Origin: a virus
DNA: 43,282 nt
Virus genome (UHGV): UHGV-0369400
Reading direction: 5' to 3' (one strand)
A program made the translations under genes and the position numbers. The notes under the pieces are model-generated. The model made no database searches, was not told the DNA's origin, and worked only from the letters and a program-made list of their open reading frames with translations. Shown here in pieces: positions 41,850 through 43,282 of this stretch (position 1 is the first letter of the stretch; the number at the start of each line of letters is the position of its first letter).

Positions 41850-43282
41850 ATGATAGAGATCGATCAGGTTTATAAAGACCTGTTTAACGAATATGGTGGA
41901 AAAAGTCTTAAGCTGACTTTTTTTAAAGAAGAATATCATGCTCTATACCCGTCTGAAACACTGTATCCTTCAGAGGATTTATATCCTTCTGAAATGTCTG
42001 CGGACGCTGTGGATTTTTCCATAGAAGATGATCAGATAGTAACAGATTCCCTTGCCATTACAGAAAGCCTGTGTTCAGACGAAGATCTAAGCTTTGGATC
42101 GTGTGAGGCAGCCCAGTTTGAAATCACAGTAACGGGACTGACCCAGAGTATTTCAGGCCGCGAATTTATGGCTACAGAGTCATTTGGTGGCTATAACATG
42201 GTCCTGGGCTTGTTTAAAGTAGAGTCTACACCCAAGCAGGAAGACAAGAATACCAGAAAGATAATAGCCTATGACAGGATGCAGCGTTTTGATGTAGATG
42301 TGTCCGGTTGGTATAATGCATTGAGTTTTCCAATGACATTAAAAGCATTTCGTAAATCACTCTGTTCATTTGTAGGTGTGCGGGAAGAAAATGCAGTTCT
42401 TGTTAATGATGAAATGCAGGTAGAAAAGACCATAAATCCTACAGCTTTGAAAGGGCGGGAAGTACTGCAGCAGATCTGCCAGATCAATGGAGTATTTGGA
42501 AACATCAATAAGAACGGGGAACTGCGGTATATCGCACTTCCGGAAAAAGAGGATATATCCGCGCGGATCACAATCTATCAGAATGCCGAGAGTGAAGAGT
42601 ACACAGTTCCAGATATAGATACCGTACAGATCCGTCAGGAAGAAGGGGACATAGGCGGAACCAGCACAGGAGACGGTCAAAATGTTTATATCATTGAAGG
42701 AAACATGCTGGTATATGGCAAGACCACATCAGAGATGATAGGAATTGCCAATAACATTAAAAACGTCGTAAACGGTCTGGAATACCAGCCCGCAACCATA
42801 TCTACAAACGGTTCCCCGTGGATTGAAATAGGGGATAGGATCAGTCTGGAGACTACAGACGGGATAGTTAATACCCTTGTGATGAAAAGAACCTTTACGG
42901 GCATTCAGGGAGCTATGGACAGCTATGAAAGCACTGGAAGTCAGGAATTATCAAGACCTTTTAGCATTGAAAGTGAATTGATACAGATAAAAGGCTTATC
43001 TGCTATTCTTAAGCGATCTGTAGAAGAAATATCAAATGAACTTACCAATCTGGAAGAGGGAACCAATTCCAAGTTTATCCAGATGGCTAATCAGATTTCC
43101 CTGGAAGTTACGAGAGCTACCGGTCAGGAAGCAGAACTGAGATCAGCTATTAACGTAGTCAGTGATAAGATTGAACTGAAAGTCAGCCAGGGAGACGTAT
43201 CAAATCAGCTTTCGGTGGAAACCGGTGGGATCAGCATAAAAGGGAATCGTTTTAGCTGGAGTTCCACATATTCCTCTATGAC
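41850..43282 (+). CDS. Tail-associated protein (Tal / tail endopeptidase-like), 3'-truncated at the window end. Probably continuous with the ORF at 2-595.
   Basis: AAGGAG RBS before ATG 41850. No stop codon before the window end. The frame phase at 43282 matches the frame of the ORF that begins at nt 2. Confidence 0.6.
   Translation, partial: MIEIDQVYKDLFNEYGGKSLKLTFFKEEYHALYPSETLYPSEDLYPSEMSADAVDFSIEDDQIVTDSLAITESLCSDEDLSFGSCEAAQFEITVTGLTQSISGREFMATESFGGYNMVLGLFKVESTPKQEDKNTRKIIAYDRMQRFDVDVSGWYNALSFPMTLKAFRKSLCSFVGVREENAVLVNDEMQVEKTINPTALKGREVLQQICQINGVFGNINKNGELRYIALPEKEDISARITIYQNAESEEYTVPDIDTVQIRQEEGDIGGTSTGDGQNVYIIEGNMLVYGKTTSEMIGIANNIKNVVNGLEYQPATISTNGSPWIEIGDRISLETTDGIVNTLVMKRTFTGIQGAMDSYESTGSQELSRPFSIESELIQIKGLSAILKRSVEEISNELTNLEEGTNSKFIQMANQISLEVTRATGQEAELRSAINVVSDKIELKVSQGDVSNQLSVETGGISIKGNRFSWSSTYSSM

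Overview
The window reads as a temperate siphovirus-like phage genome of about 43.3 kb from a low-GC Firmicutes (likely Clostridia) host, apparently complete and circularly permuted.

The gene order runs as follows:
- Tail fibre genes (1-2246), an XkdX-like gene and an M15/cell-wall-binding endolysin (to 3969).
- An attP-like region (3970-4335), then the tyrosine integrase (4301-5542, minus strand).
- A lysogeny module: bPH_2 membrane protein, ImmA-like metallopeptidase, cI-like XRE repressor, genetic switch, Cro-like XRE, and an excisionase-like HTH.
- Early and recombination genes: Sipho_Gp157, ERF annealing protein, an Hjc-like resolvase, and many small Cys-rich zinc-ribbon genes.
- An IS element (18930-20583) inserted exactly at the start codon of an orphan Xer-like tyrosine recombinase.
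- A PAPS-reductase-like gene, then a fused small+large terminase, portal and Mu-F-like minor head protein.
- An accessory island of low-complexity proteins followed by three tRNAs (Met, Thr, Gln).
- Scaffold, major capsid, connector and tail genes, the tape measure (38555-41413), a distal tail protein, and a tail protein running off the 3' end.

The last open frame at 43282 continues in phase into the 5'-truncated ORF at position 2, which is consistent with a circular contig.

The most notable feature is a shufflon-like invertible C-terminal cassette in the tail fibre gene:
- An 18-bp inverted repeat sits at 1937-1954 and 2521-2538.
- Both copies are read in the same codon phase (QLNSN), on the plus strand in the expressed fibre and on the minus strand in the silent cassette.
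- The cassette flanks a promoterless, convergently oriented alternative C-terminus, which would allow host-range switching.

Other notable points:
- A face-to-face pair of perfect-consensus promoters in the immunity switch.
- Arm-type direct repeats flanking a tRNA 3'-end-like core in attP.
- A 27-bp tandem repeat array inside an early gene.
- A repeated junction motif between the small zinc-ribbon genes.

No CRISPR array, restriction-modification system or recognisable canonical defence system was found.

All calls rest on reading the sequence by eye. No database searches were run.
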